Assembly (NCBI GenBank): GCA_042216015.1
Contig: JBDGUI010000009.1
Span: forward strand, 1-24,232
Length of the DNA stretch: 24,232 nucleotides
Direction of reading: 5' to 3'
Source: Halodesulfurarchaeum sp.
GTDB taxonomy: Archaea; Halobacteriota; Halobacteria; Halobacteriales; Halobacteriaceae
Part shown: positions 16,504 to 24,232 of the stretch, piece by piece
How the letters are laid out: the number at the start of each line of letters is the position of its first letter
Numbering within the stretch: the stretch's first letter is position 1
Position numbers and translations under genes: made by a program
The notes under the pieces: generated by a model
Told to the model about the DNA's origin: nothing
What the model saw: the letters and a program-made list of their open reading frames with translations, nothing else
Database searches by the model: none

Positions 16504-17613
16504 ATGCACACGAACACGCCGGTGATACTCGCCGGACACGGCTCCCGACGCGAGGAATCGAACGAACAGGTCAAGCGAGTCGCAGCCGCTTTGGAAGAAC
16601 AGCTGGGCGAGCGGGTCATGCCGGCCTACATCGAACTGACCGACCCCCTCATCGACGAGGCGATCGAGACGCTCGCGCCCGGGGCCGACTCGGTCACGGT
16701 CGTTCCGCTCTCGCTTTTCGCGGCAGGCCACGTCAAAAACGACATCCCGCTCTTCGTCCAGCACGCCCGCCGCGTCTACCCGGACGTCGACTTCGCGTAC
16801 GGGTCGAACCTCGGCGCGCGGCCGGAGCTGATCGAGATCGTCGCGGATCGCATCGACGAAGCGGTGGGAGAGATGGCCGCCGACCCCGAGACCGACGACG
16901 TAAGCGTCGTCTTCGTCGCCCGGGGATCGAGCGACCCGGACGCCAACGCCGAGGCCTACCGCCTCGCCCGGCTGGTCCAGGAGGGGCGCCCCTTCACCCG
17001 GGTCGAGCCGACCTTCATCGGCATCACGGAACCGCGACTGAACCGGACCCTCGCCGAAGTCGCCCGCCACGACCCGGACGCCGCGATCGTCGTTCCGTAC
17101 ATGCTCGGCGACGGGGTGCTCACCCGGCGGATTCACGACAAGGTCGAGGCGTTCGACGAGGATCACCCTGACATCGAGACCGCAACGACCGGGGTCCTCG
17201 GCGTCGACGATCGGCTGATCCGGGCGCTCGAACACCGGGTCATGGAGGCCCGCCAGGGCGCGGTGTCGATGCCCTGCGATCGCTGCATCTACAAGGTCAC
17301 CCTGGCGGACTACGAGGACGAAGTCGGCGGCGAGAAGGCCTTCGTTCAATCGCTCGAACACACGCTCGCCCATGTCAGCGACGACCACGACCACAGTCAC
17401 GATCACAGCCACGGCGAGGAGGGGCAGGGTCACAGCGGGGGAGACGACTCCGGCCACGAACATGGTCATGATGACGGAGACGAGCACGGGCAAGGCCATA
17501 CCCACGTGGAGGAACATGGCCACGGTGATGAACACGGCCACGGGGATGGACACGGTCACGGCCACGGACACGACCACAGCCACGATCAGGACCACCACGG
17601 AGCCGAGGAATAG
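16504..17613 (+). CDS. cbiX: Sirohydrochlorin cobaltochelatase CbiX, long form with MxCxxC motif and His-rich tail
   Basis: ATG 16504. Domain 1 has GHGSR and AAGHVKNDIP, domain 2 has ARGSSDPDAN, followed by MPCDRC and a His/Gly/Asp-rich C-terminus. Confidence 0.92.
   Translation: MHTNTPVILAGHGSRREESNEQVKRVAAALEEQLGERVMPAYIELTDPLIDEAIETLAPGADSVTVVPLSLFAAGHVKNDIPLFVQHARRVYPDVDFAYGSNLGARPELIEIVADRIDEAVGEMAADPETDDVSVVFVARGSSDPDANAEAYRLARLVQEGRPFTRVEPTFIGITEPRLNRTLAEVARHDPDAAIVVPYMLGDGVLTRRIHDKVEAFDEDHPDIETATTGVLGVDDRLIRALEHRVMEARQGAVSMPCDRCIYKVTLADYEDEVGGEKAFVQSLEHTLAHVSDDHDHSHDHSHGEEGQGHSGGDDSGHEHGHDDGDEHGQGHTHVEEHGHGDEHGHGDGHGHGHGHDHSHDQDHHGAEE
17359..17610 (+). repeat. Low-complexity His-x coding repeat (degenerate CAC/CAT-NNN hexamers) in the cbiX tail
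   Basis: 26 His in the last 84 aa (for example DHDHSHDHSH and GHGHGHGHDHSH). Confidence 0.9.
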
Positions 17614-17627
17614 CGACGGAACTCGTT

Positions 17628-19829
17628 CTACTCGTTGCCAAAGTGAGAGACCGAGCGAACCGATTCCGTGGAGAGGTCCTCGAGCGGGATCGCCGTCGCG
17701 TCTGCGGCGGCCACGAGGTCCCCGACGAGGCTCGCTCGATCACCCGACTCGCTCGCGTCCACGACCAGCACCTCGTCCGCCCGGTCCCCGAGAGACTGGG
17801 CCGCCTCGCGTGTCGCCTCGGTGGGGCTCCCGCCGGCCACGTTGGTCCGGCCGTCGGTCACGACGACGGCGACGCTCGTCGCGGGCTCGGCCCGGTCGAT
17901 GACTGCCCGGGCGGTTTCGAGGCCGCTGGGGAGTGGCGTGCGGTCGCCAGTTGGCAGTTCCTTGAGATGCCGGGCAGCCAGTGAGACGCTGTCGGTCGGG
18001 GGGAGCAACACCTCCGCGTCCTCCCCAGCGAAGGCAACGAAGGCCACCTCGTCCCGCTCCTCGTAGCTCTCCTTCAGGAGTTCGAGGACGGTTCCCTTCG
18101 CGGCCCGCATCGCCGGGCGCATCGAGGCGCTCGCGTCGACCGCAAAGACCACGAGCGCTGTCGCAGACCCTGCTCGAACCGACTGGCGGAGATCGCGGCG
18201 TTCGATCGGCGTCCTCCCCCGCTTCGCACTCTCTCGAACCGACGCCGCCACGTCGACGCTCTCTGCCGACTCGGCCGGTTCCGTCCGGATTCGGGGCCCG
18301 GTTTCATCGACCCCCGGCTCGGCCTCGACTCGGCCCGGCCCGGCCGCGGACGACTCGGTCGTCGCGACGCCGTCGACATCCATCTCCGGTGCCGCACTCT
18401 CGCCAACTGACGTGGACTGGGCGACTGGGGTCGACGGCGGGCGAGCGGATCGCTCCTCGTCGGTGTCGTCCGCTCGATGTTCCGTTTCCTGCGAAGCCCC
18501 ATCGAAACCCGATTCCTGGCCTCGCTCGTCCCCGTCGCCACCGATATCCGACGGGGTGTCCGGGGCGTCCCGAGCCGAACCGCCGGTTCCGGGTTCGGGA
18601 GACCGATCCGGGGATCCGGGCTGGTCCATGTCAGTTCCTGACTCCGGACCCGAAGGGTCGTCTGGTGCCGGGCCGTCTGATTCGTCATTTGCCCCGCTGG
18701 CACGCCCGTCCTCTCTCGGAGCTTCGCCGTCTCCGTCTTCGCCCCCGCCGGAATCGCTCGGCGAGTCACTCCCGTCCCGCTCGCCCGCTGAGTCCTCCTC
18801 CGGAGCCGATGGCTCCTCCGAGCGCTCCCCGAAGTGTTCCTCCAGCACGTCCTCGAGGGGTTCGGCCTCCTCGAAGGGGCGGCTCTGGAGCCGGTGGGGA
18901 AGGGCGTATTCGAGGGCGTCCTCGACGTCGCGCTCGGTCACTCGATCCCGGCCGTCGAGTGCCGCGAAGGTGCGAGCCGCACGGGCCGCCGCGATGTCGC
19001 CCCGGTGGCCGTCGACTCCCGCGTCCACGCACACTTCAGCGATCGTTTCGGCCAGATTTCGGGGAAGTGAGACCTCCGAGAGGCGGCCACGGGCGAACTC
19101 GATCCGCTCCTGCAGTCGGTCGAGTTCCTCCCCGGCTGCCGTCTCGGTTCCCTCCGAATTCCCCTCGAGTGCGGTCTGCACGATCTCGATTCGTTCCTCG
19201 AGATCCTCGCTCCCGGCGACCTCGACCTGGAGGGCAAAGCGGTCCCTGAGCTGGGGGCGGAGATCGCCCTCCTCGGGGTTCATCGTCCCGATCAGGGTGA
19301 AATCGGCCGGGTGGGTCTCGCTCATCCCGTCCCGTTCGACGCGGTTGAGCCCGCTCGCGGCCGCATCCAGCAGGACGTCGACCAGGTGGTCGTCGAGGAG
19401 GTTTACTTCGTCCACGTAGAGAAAGCCCCGATTCGCTTGGGCGAGCAGTCCCGGCTCGAAGGTCGATTCGCCGTCGAGTGCGTCCGAGAGCGAAAGGGAG
19501 CCGACCACCCGTTCCCGGGTAGCACCGAGTGGGACAGTCACGAGCGGGACCGGCCGCTCCTCCACTGGCGGATCGTCTCGCGCCTGACAGGACTCGCACT
19601 GTCGGGCCGGCTCGTCCGGCGGACAGCCGTAGGGACAGTCGGCGACGGCCCGCTGAGTCGGCAAGAGGTCCACGAGCCCTCGAACCGCCGTGGACTTCGC
19701 GGTCCCCTTCTCGCCCCGGATCAGCAGGCCGTCGATCGCGTCGTTCGCCGCCACCGCAAGCAACACCCGCTTGAGTCGCTCCTGCCCCACGATCGCCGGG
19801 AACGAGACCTTCGATCCAAACCCAACCAT
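17628..19829 (-). CDS. chlID: ChlI/ChlD-like AAA+ ATPase-VWA fusion, putative partner subunit of the CobN cobaltochelatase
   Basis: ATG 19829 (MVGFGSKVSFPAIVGQE); Walker A GEKGTAKST, CPYGC...CESC, Walker B LYVDEVNLL and GTMNPEEGDLRPQL.DRF, then a long acidic linker and VWA MIDAS motifs DASASM and TDG. Confidence 0.9.
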   Translation of the reverse strand: MVGFGSKVSFPAIVGQERLKRVLLAVAANDAIDGLLIRGEKGTAKSTAVRGLVDLLPTQRAVADCPYGCPPDEPARQCESCQARDDPPVEERPVPLVTVPLGATRERVVGSLSLSDALDGESTFEPGLLAQANRGFLYVDEVNLLDDHLVDVLLDAAASGLNRVERDGMSETHPADFTLIGTMNPEEGDLRPQLRDRFALQVEVAGSEDLEERIEIVQTALEGNSEGTETAAGEELDRLQERIEFARGRLSEVSLPRNLAETIAEVCVDAGVDGHRGDIAAARAARTFAALDGRDRVTERDVEDALEYALPHRLQSRPFEEAEPLEDVLEEHFGERSEEPSAPEEDSAGERDGSDSPSDSGGGEDGDGEAPREDGRASGANDESDGPAPDDPSGPESGTDMDQPGSPDRSPEPGTGGSARDAPDTPSDIGGDGDERGQESGFDGASQETEHRADDTDEERSARPPSTPVAQSTSVGESAAPEMDVDGVATTESSAAGPGRVEAEPGVDETGPRIRTEPAESAESVDVAASVRESAKRGRTPIERRDLRQSVRAGSATALVVFAVDASASMRPAMRAAKGTVLELLKESYEERDEVAFVAFAGEDAEVLLPPTDSVSLAARHLKELPTGDRTPLPSGLETARAVIDRAEPATSVAVVVTDGRTNVAGGSPTEATREAAQSLGDRADEVLVVDASESGDRASLVGDLVAAADATAIPLEDLSTESVRSVSHFGNE

Positions 19830-19860
19830 ACTTGTAGTAACCCAATCCAACTATAATAAG
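19823..19860. promoter_or_regulatory. Compact bidirectional promoter between chlID and cobN
   Basis: Minus-strand TTATTATA (19852-19859) lies 23-30 nt before chlID ATG 19829. Plus-strand CAACCATACTTG-TAGTAA (19823-19840) occupies the promoter position for cobN ATG 19862. Confidence 0.65.
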
Positions 19861-19861
19861 G

Positions 19862-22800
19862 ATGTGTTCCATCGGGCTGTACACGGCGACCGATCAGCCG
19901 GTGTCCGCGATCCGAGCCGCCGCGGAGCGCCTCTCCGACATCGAACTCCTCGTGCGCTCGGGCACGGATCTGGCGGATCCGCCAGCCGTCTCGCAGTTCG
20001 CCGAGCGTTTGGCCGAACAGGACGTGGCCGTGTTCTTTCTCCACGGTTCGGAATCGCGGCTCCCGGACTTCGAATCCGTCCGCGAAACGGTCGCTGCGGC
20101 GGGCGTTCCGATCGTCGTGGCTCGGTCAGGCGCGGCGAATGGGACGCCTGACTCGACGGTCGAAAGGGCGATCCAGCGCCGGGTCGCCGCGTACCTCGAG
20201 CGCGGCGGCGTCCTCAACGTCGCCAACATGGCCCGCTTTCTCGCCGACGAATTCGGGAACGGTAGCTGGGACGCCGACGAGCCGGTGGACCTGCCTTCGA
20301 CCGGGGTCTACCACCCGGATCATCCGGGTGTGTCAGTCGAGGAGCTCCGGGAAACCTTCGATCCGGATCGGCCGACAGTCGGCATCTGGTTCTACGAGAC
20401 CCACTGGACGTTCGAGAACGCCCGCTACGTCGACGCGCTCGTCCGGGCCCTCGAATCACAGGGAGTCGACGCGTTCCCGGTGTTCACGAACCCGACGGCC
20501 GAGGAGCCGACTGAGCGGGACGCCGAGTGGGTGGCCAAACGCTGGTTCAGCGGCGATTCGGGGGCGCGGGTCGACGCGATCCTCACGACGTTCATGTACT
20601 CGCTGACGATGGACGAACGGGGTCGCTCCGCGGCCGAGCCGGCTGATCCGACCGCGACCGGGTTCCTCGAAACCCTCGACGTCCCGGTCGTGCAGGCGAT
20701 GGTCTCGATGCGCCCCCGGGCGGCCTATCGGGCCGACGACGCGGGGCTCCCGCCCTTCGAACTCGCGCTCTCGGTGGCGCTGCCGGAACTCGACGGCGTG
20801 GTGGTGTCCCACCCGATCAGCGGGAAAGAGCGGGTGAGAGACGACGGAGAAACCGCAGCCGATGGAACTGCACCGCTCCGCCACCAACCGATCGATGGGC
20901 GGGTGGATCACGCCGCCCGCCTCGTCGCCAACTGGGCCGGGCTCGGGCGGCAGTCGTCCGCTGAAAAGCGAATCGCCGTCGTCCTGCACAACTATCCACC
21001 CTCCGATGACGGGATCGGAACCGCGTTCGGGCTCGATTCACCGGCGAGTCTCGATCGGGTCCTCGACGCCCTCGAAACGAGTGGCTACCAGGTCGAGGAC
21101 CGGCCAGCGGACGGGCAGGCGATCGTCGAACGGCTCGTTCGCCAGCTCGGTCGCGACGCCCGCTGGACAGACTTGGAGCGGGGACCATCGGGCGTCGGTC
21201 GGGTCGGGCCGGAGACGTATCGCGACTGGTTCGAGGAACTTGATCCTGACTTCGCGGCCGCCCTCGCGGATGAATGGGGCGAGCCGCCCAGGAAGCCGAT
21301 CGACATTCCGGGGGTCGAGCTGGGGAACGTGGTCGTCACCGTACAGCCGCCCCGGGGATTCGAGGCGGACCCGGAGAAGGTCTATCACGATTCCGCGCTC
21401 CAGCCGCCCCACGAGTACGTCGCCGCCTACGGCTGGCTCACGCGGGAGTTCGGCGCGGACGCGGTCGTCCACCTCGGCACTCACGGCAGCCTCGAGTGGT
21501 TGCCCGGCAAGACGGTCGGGCTGGACGGAGAGAGCGCGGCCGACGCCCTGATCGACGACGTGCCGAACGTCTATCCGTACATCATCAACAATCCGGGCGA
21601 GGGGACCCAGGCCACCCGACGCTCCTACGCGACAATCGTCGATCACCTCACGCCGCCGATGCGCGCGGCCGGCGTGCACGAGGAACTCGCCGATCTCGAG
21701 CAACTCGTCCGCGAGTACCGGGACCGGCGACGCGACGGGGCTGGGGAAGCCGATCTCTCGGGGCTCGCCGGGCGAATCCGAGAACTGGTCACCGAACAGG
21801 ATCTGGCCCCCGACCTGGGAATCGGGGCCCCCGACGCCGTCGGGACGCCCGAACTCGTCCGAGAACTCCACGGCTACCTCACAGACGTGAAGTCGACCCA
21901 GATCCGGCTGGGGCTGCACACCCTCGGCGAGCCCCCCGTCGGCGAGCGTCTCGTGGAGTATCTCGTCTCCCTGACTCGGTTCGAAAATCCCGGTGCGCCC
22001 AGCCTCCGCGAGTCCGTGGCCGGGGCGATGGGGATTCCCCCGGAGCCGACGCTCGAGGACCCCGAGACATACGATGCGGACCTCGGGATGTTTTATTCGG
22101 AGGCGGCCGAGCGGGTTTACGAGGAAAGCGTCGCCCTCGTGGGAGCGCTCGCAGCGCAGGACTTCGAGGTCACCGATGGCGAAATCGAGGCGCTGATCGA
22201 GGACCTGCCGGTTCTCGGCACCGATCGTGACCCCGAAGCCGGCGAGGATCTGCGGGCGGTGCTCCGGTACATCGCGGACGATCTCGTTCCCCGGATCGAA
22301 GCGGCGGGGGGCGAGGTGACAAACACCGTGGCCGCGCTCGAGGGGAGCTACGTCCCGCCGGGAAAAAGCGGCGCACCGACCCGCGGCGGCGCGGACCTCC
22401 TGCCGACGGGGCGGAACTTCTACACGCTCGATCCGCGGCGGGTGCCCTCGAAGGCCGCCTGGCGGGTCGGCCAATCGATCGCGGATGGCGTCCTCGAGCG
22501 CCACCTCAACGAAGAGGGGGCCTACCCCGAGGAGGTCGGGGTCGTGGCCTGGGGCACGCCGACCGTCCGCACCCGGGGCGAAACGATCGCCCAGATCCTC
22601 GCCCTGCTCGGCGTGGAACCGGTCTGGACCGACGCCGGCCGGGTGGAGTCAGTCGAACCGATCCCGCTCGCGGAACTCGGTCGCCCCCGCATCGACGTCA
22701 CGACCCGCATCTCGGGGCTGTTCAGGGACGCCTTTTCCAGCGTCGCCGGGCTCGTCCAGGATGCCGTCGAGACGGTCGCCGCCCTCGAGGAGCCCCCGGA

Positions 22801-23626
22801 GCAAAACTACGTGCGGAAGCACCACCTCGAAGAGCGGACCGAGGGCGGTGGGGTCGATGGGGGCGCTGGGAGCGATTCGACGCTCCAGCGGGTGTTCACC
22901 ACCCGCCCCGGCGGTTACGGCTCGGGGACGAACAAGGCCATCACGACGGGGGAGTGGGGCGACGAATCGGATCTGGCCGATGTCTTCGTGACCTGGGGTG
23001 GCTATGCCGTCGACGGATCGGGCGAGGTGGAGGAGGCCCACGACGCCCTGGAAACCCGCCTCGAGGGAATCGAAGCGACGGTCAAACTCGAGGACACCGA
23101 CGAACAGGACGAGTTCGACAGCTCGGACTGGTATGCCTTCCACGGCGGCTTCAAGCGGGCCGTCGCCGATCGGCGTGGGAGCGAACCTGCCTCGTACGTG
23201 GGCGACGCCAGCGACCCGGACCGACCGCGGATCTACACCAACGAAGAGAAACTCAGACAGACTATGCGCAGCAGAGTACTCAATCCCGACTGGATCGACA
23301 GCATGGAAGACCACGACTACAAAGGGGCGGGCGACCTCGCGAACACGGTCGAGATCACGCTCGGCTGGGCGGCGACGACCGACGCCATCAGCGACACCCT
23401 CTGGAAGCAGATCGCAACCGAGTACGCCTTCGACGAGGACCGTCAGGAGTGGTTCATGGCGGAGAACCCGTGGGCGCTCGAACACGTGACCGAGACGCTC
23501 CTCGAGGCCGTCGAACGGGGCCTCTGGGACGCCGACCGGGAGACGATCGACCGGCTTCGCGACCTCCAGCTCGAGGTCGACGGGACCCTCGAAGCCGCGT
23601 CCGACGGTCCGGAGGTGGCCAGATGA
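19862..23626 (+). CDS. cobN: Cobaltochelatase subunit CobN
   Basis: 1254 aa. Motifs VALPELDG, HNYPP, GLDSP, VQPPRG, HLGTHGSLEWLPGK, LPTGRNFY, LGRPRIDV, SGLFRD and RVLNPDWI..M..HDYKGA. Confidence 0.96.
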   Translation: MCSIGLYTATDQPVSAIRAAAERLSDIELLVRSGTDLADPPAVSQFAERLAEQDVAVFFLHGSESRLPDFESVRETVAAAGVPIVVARSGAANGTPDSTVERAIQRRVAAYLERGGVLNVANMARFLADEFGNGSWDADEPVDLPSTGVYHPDHPGVSVEELRETFDPDRPTVGIWFYETHWTFENARYVDALVRALESQGVDAFPVFTNPTAEEPTERDAEWVAKRWFSGDSGARVDAILTTFMYSLTMDERGRSAAEPADPTATGFLETLDVPVVQAMVSMRPRAAYRADDAGLPPFELALSVALPELDGVVVSHPISGKERVRDDGETAADGTAPLRHQPIDGRVDHAARLVANWAGLGRQSSAEKRIAVVLHNYPPSDDGIGTAFGLDSPASLDRVLDALETSGYQVEDRPADGQAIVERLVRQLGRDARWTDLERGPSGVGRVGPETYRDWFEELDPDFAAALADEWGEPPRKPIDIPGVELGNVVVTVQPPRGFEADPEKVYHDSALQPPHEYVAAYGWLTREFGADAVVHLGTHGSLEWLPGKTVGLDGESAADALIDDVPNVYPYIINNPGEGTQATRRSYATIVDHLTPPMRAAGVHEELADLEQLVREYRDRRRDGAGEADLSGLAGRIRELVTEQDLAPDLGIGAPDAVGTPELVRELHGYLTDVKSTQIRLGLHTLGEPPVGERLVEYLVSLTRFENPGAPSLRESVAGAMGIPPEPTLEDPETYDADLGMFYSEAAERVYEESVALVGALAAQDFEVTDGEIEALIEDLPVLGTDRDPEAGEDLRAVLRYIADDLVPRIEAAGGEVTNTVAALEGSYVPPGKSGAPTRGGADLLPTGRNFYTLDPRRVPSKAAWRVGQSIADGVLERHLNEEGAYPEEVGVVAWGTPTVRTRGETIAQILALLGVEPVWTDAGRVESVEPIPLAELGRPRIDVTTRISGLFRDAFSSVAGLVQDAVETVAALEEPPEQNYVRKHHLEERTEGGGVDGGAGSDSTLQRVFTTRPGGYGSGTNKAITTGEWGDESDLADVFVTWGGYAVDGSGEVEEAHDALETRLEGIEATVKLEDTDEQDEFDSSDWYAFHGGFKRAVADRRGSEPASYVGDASDPDRPRIYTNEEKLRQTMRSRVLNPDWIDSMEDHDYKGAGDLANTVEITLGWAATTDAISDTLWKQIATEYAFDEDRQEWFMAENPWALEHVTETLLEAVERGLWDADRETIDRLRDLQLEVDGTLEAASDGPEVAR

Positions 23627-24232
23627 CCGACTCGTACGAGACGGACCTCGGGGCGACGACGAAGGACGGATCCGACATCGCCGAGGCCAGCCTCGACATC
23701 GTTTCCGACCTCGTGCCGGGGGACACCCTCGAGGACAGGTTCCGCCGGAAGGCGGTCCACGCAACCGGCGATCCCGAGTTCCAGTACCTGATGCGCTTCG
23801 GGAACGACCCGATCCGCAGCGGCGCCGAAGCGGTCCTGGCGGGCAACCCGATCGTCACGGACGTCACGATGCCCCGGGCGGGCATCACCGATCGGAACCA
23901 CGACTGCGAGAAGCGGACGGCGCTGGGCGAGGGCGACGATCTCGCCGAACGGGAGGGGCTCACCCGGACCGGTGCCGGGGTCATCTCGCTCGCCGAGCAG
24001 GGCGTCTACGACGACGCGATCGCCGTGATTGGCAACGCGCCGACGGCCGCCCTCGCACTTGCTGACCGGATCCAGAACGGGACCCGCCCCGCAGCGGTGG
24101 TCGCCACCCCGGTCGGATTCATCAAGTCCGCCGAGAGCCGAGCGCGGCTCCGGGAGGTCGGCGAGACGACAGGCGTGCCGACGATCACGAACGTCGGCCG
24201 CCGCGGCGGGAGCGGCCTGGCCGCCGCGCTCG
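23623..24232 (+). CDS. cbiC: Cobalt-precorrin-8 / precorrin-8X methylmutase, 3'-truncated by the window edge
   Basis: Absent from the ORF track because no stop lies in the window. ATG 23623 overlaps the cobN stop, with GGAGGTG at 23611-23617. Translation gives KAVHATGDPEF, IVTDVTM, TRT, IGNAPTA, PVGF..SAES and GRRGGSGLAAA. Confidence 0.94.
   Translation, partial: MTDSYETDLGATTKDGSDIAEASLDIVSDLVPGDTLEDRFRRKAVHATGDPEFQYLMRFGNDPIRSGAEAVLAGNPIVTDVTMPRAGITDRNHDCEKRTALGEGDDLAEREGLTRTGAGVISLAEQGVYDDAIAVIGNAPTAALALADRIQNGTRPAAVVATPVGFIKSAESRARLREVGETTGVPTITNVGRRGGSGLAAAL

Noticed and set aside
17359..17610. Repetitive DNA that could be mistaken for a CRISPR array or VNTR
   Set aside because: It has degenerate 6-nt periodicity from His-x codons, with no constant repeat-spacer structure and no cas genes.
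19829..19839. TACT-TGT-AGTA inverted repeat resembling a TrmB site
   Set aside because: The haloarchaeal TrmB motif has TACT and AGTA half-sites separated by a much longer spacer than the 3 nt here, and the repeat is absent from the other two promoters.

Overview
High-GC haloarchaeal (Halobacteria-like) DNA, judged from acidic proteins, TATA boxes about 25-32 nt upstream of start codons and many 4-nt ATGA/GTGA overlaps. Positions 1 to about 2470 form a lower-GC segment with two convergent orphan sensor histidine kinases, the first apparently frameshifted. Next come a DUF1648-like membrane protein, gpmI, a catalytically degenerate YtcJ-like amidohydrolase and a CxxC/CxxC DUF5817-like protein. 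From 6300 to the end lies a de novo cobalamin (corrin ring) cluster in five transcription units: cobA-sirC-cbiA (-), cbiMNQO (+), cbiT-L-F-G-H-H-X (+), chlID (-) and cobN-cbiC (+, truncated). No RNA genes, CRISPR arrays or transposases were seen. The most interesting signals are a shared CAA-N6-TTG element at the promoter of all three plus-strand cobalamin units (candidate operator of an unidentified B12/cobalt regulator), a CbiX with a 26-His tail, a motif-degenerate second CbiH, the amidohydrolase pseudo-enzyme, and a 32-bp bidirectional chlID/cobN promoter.
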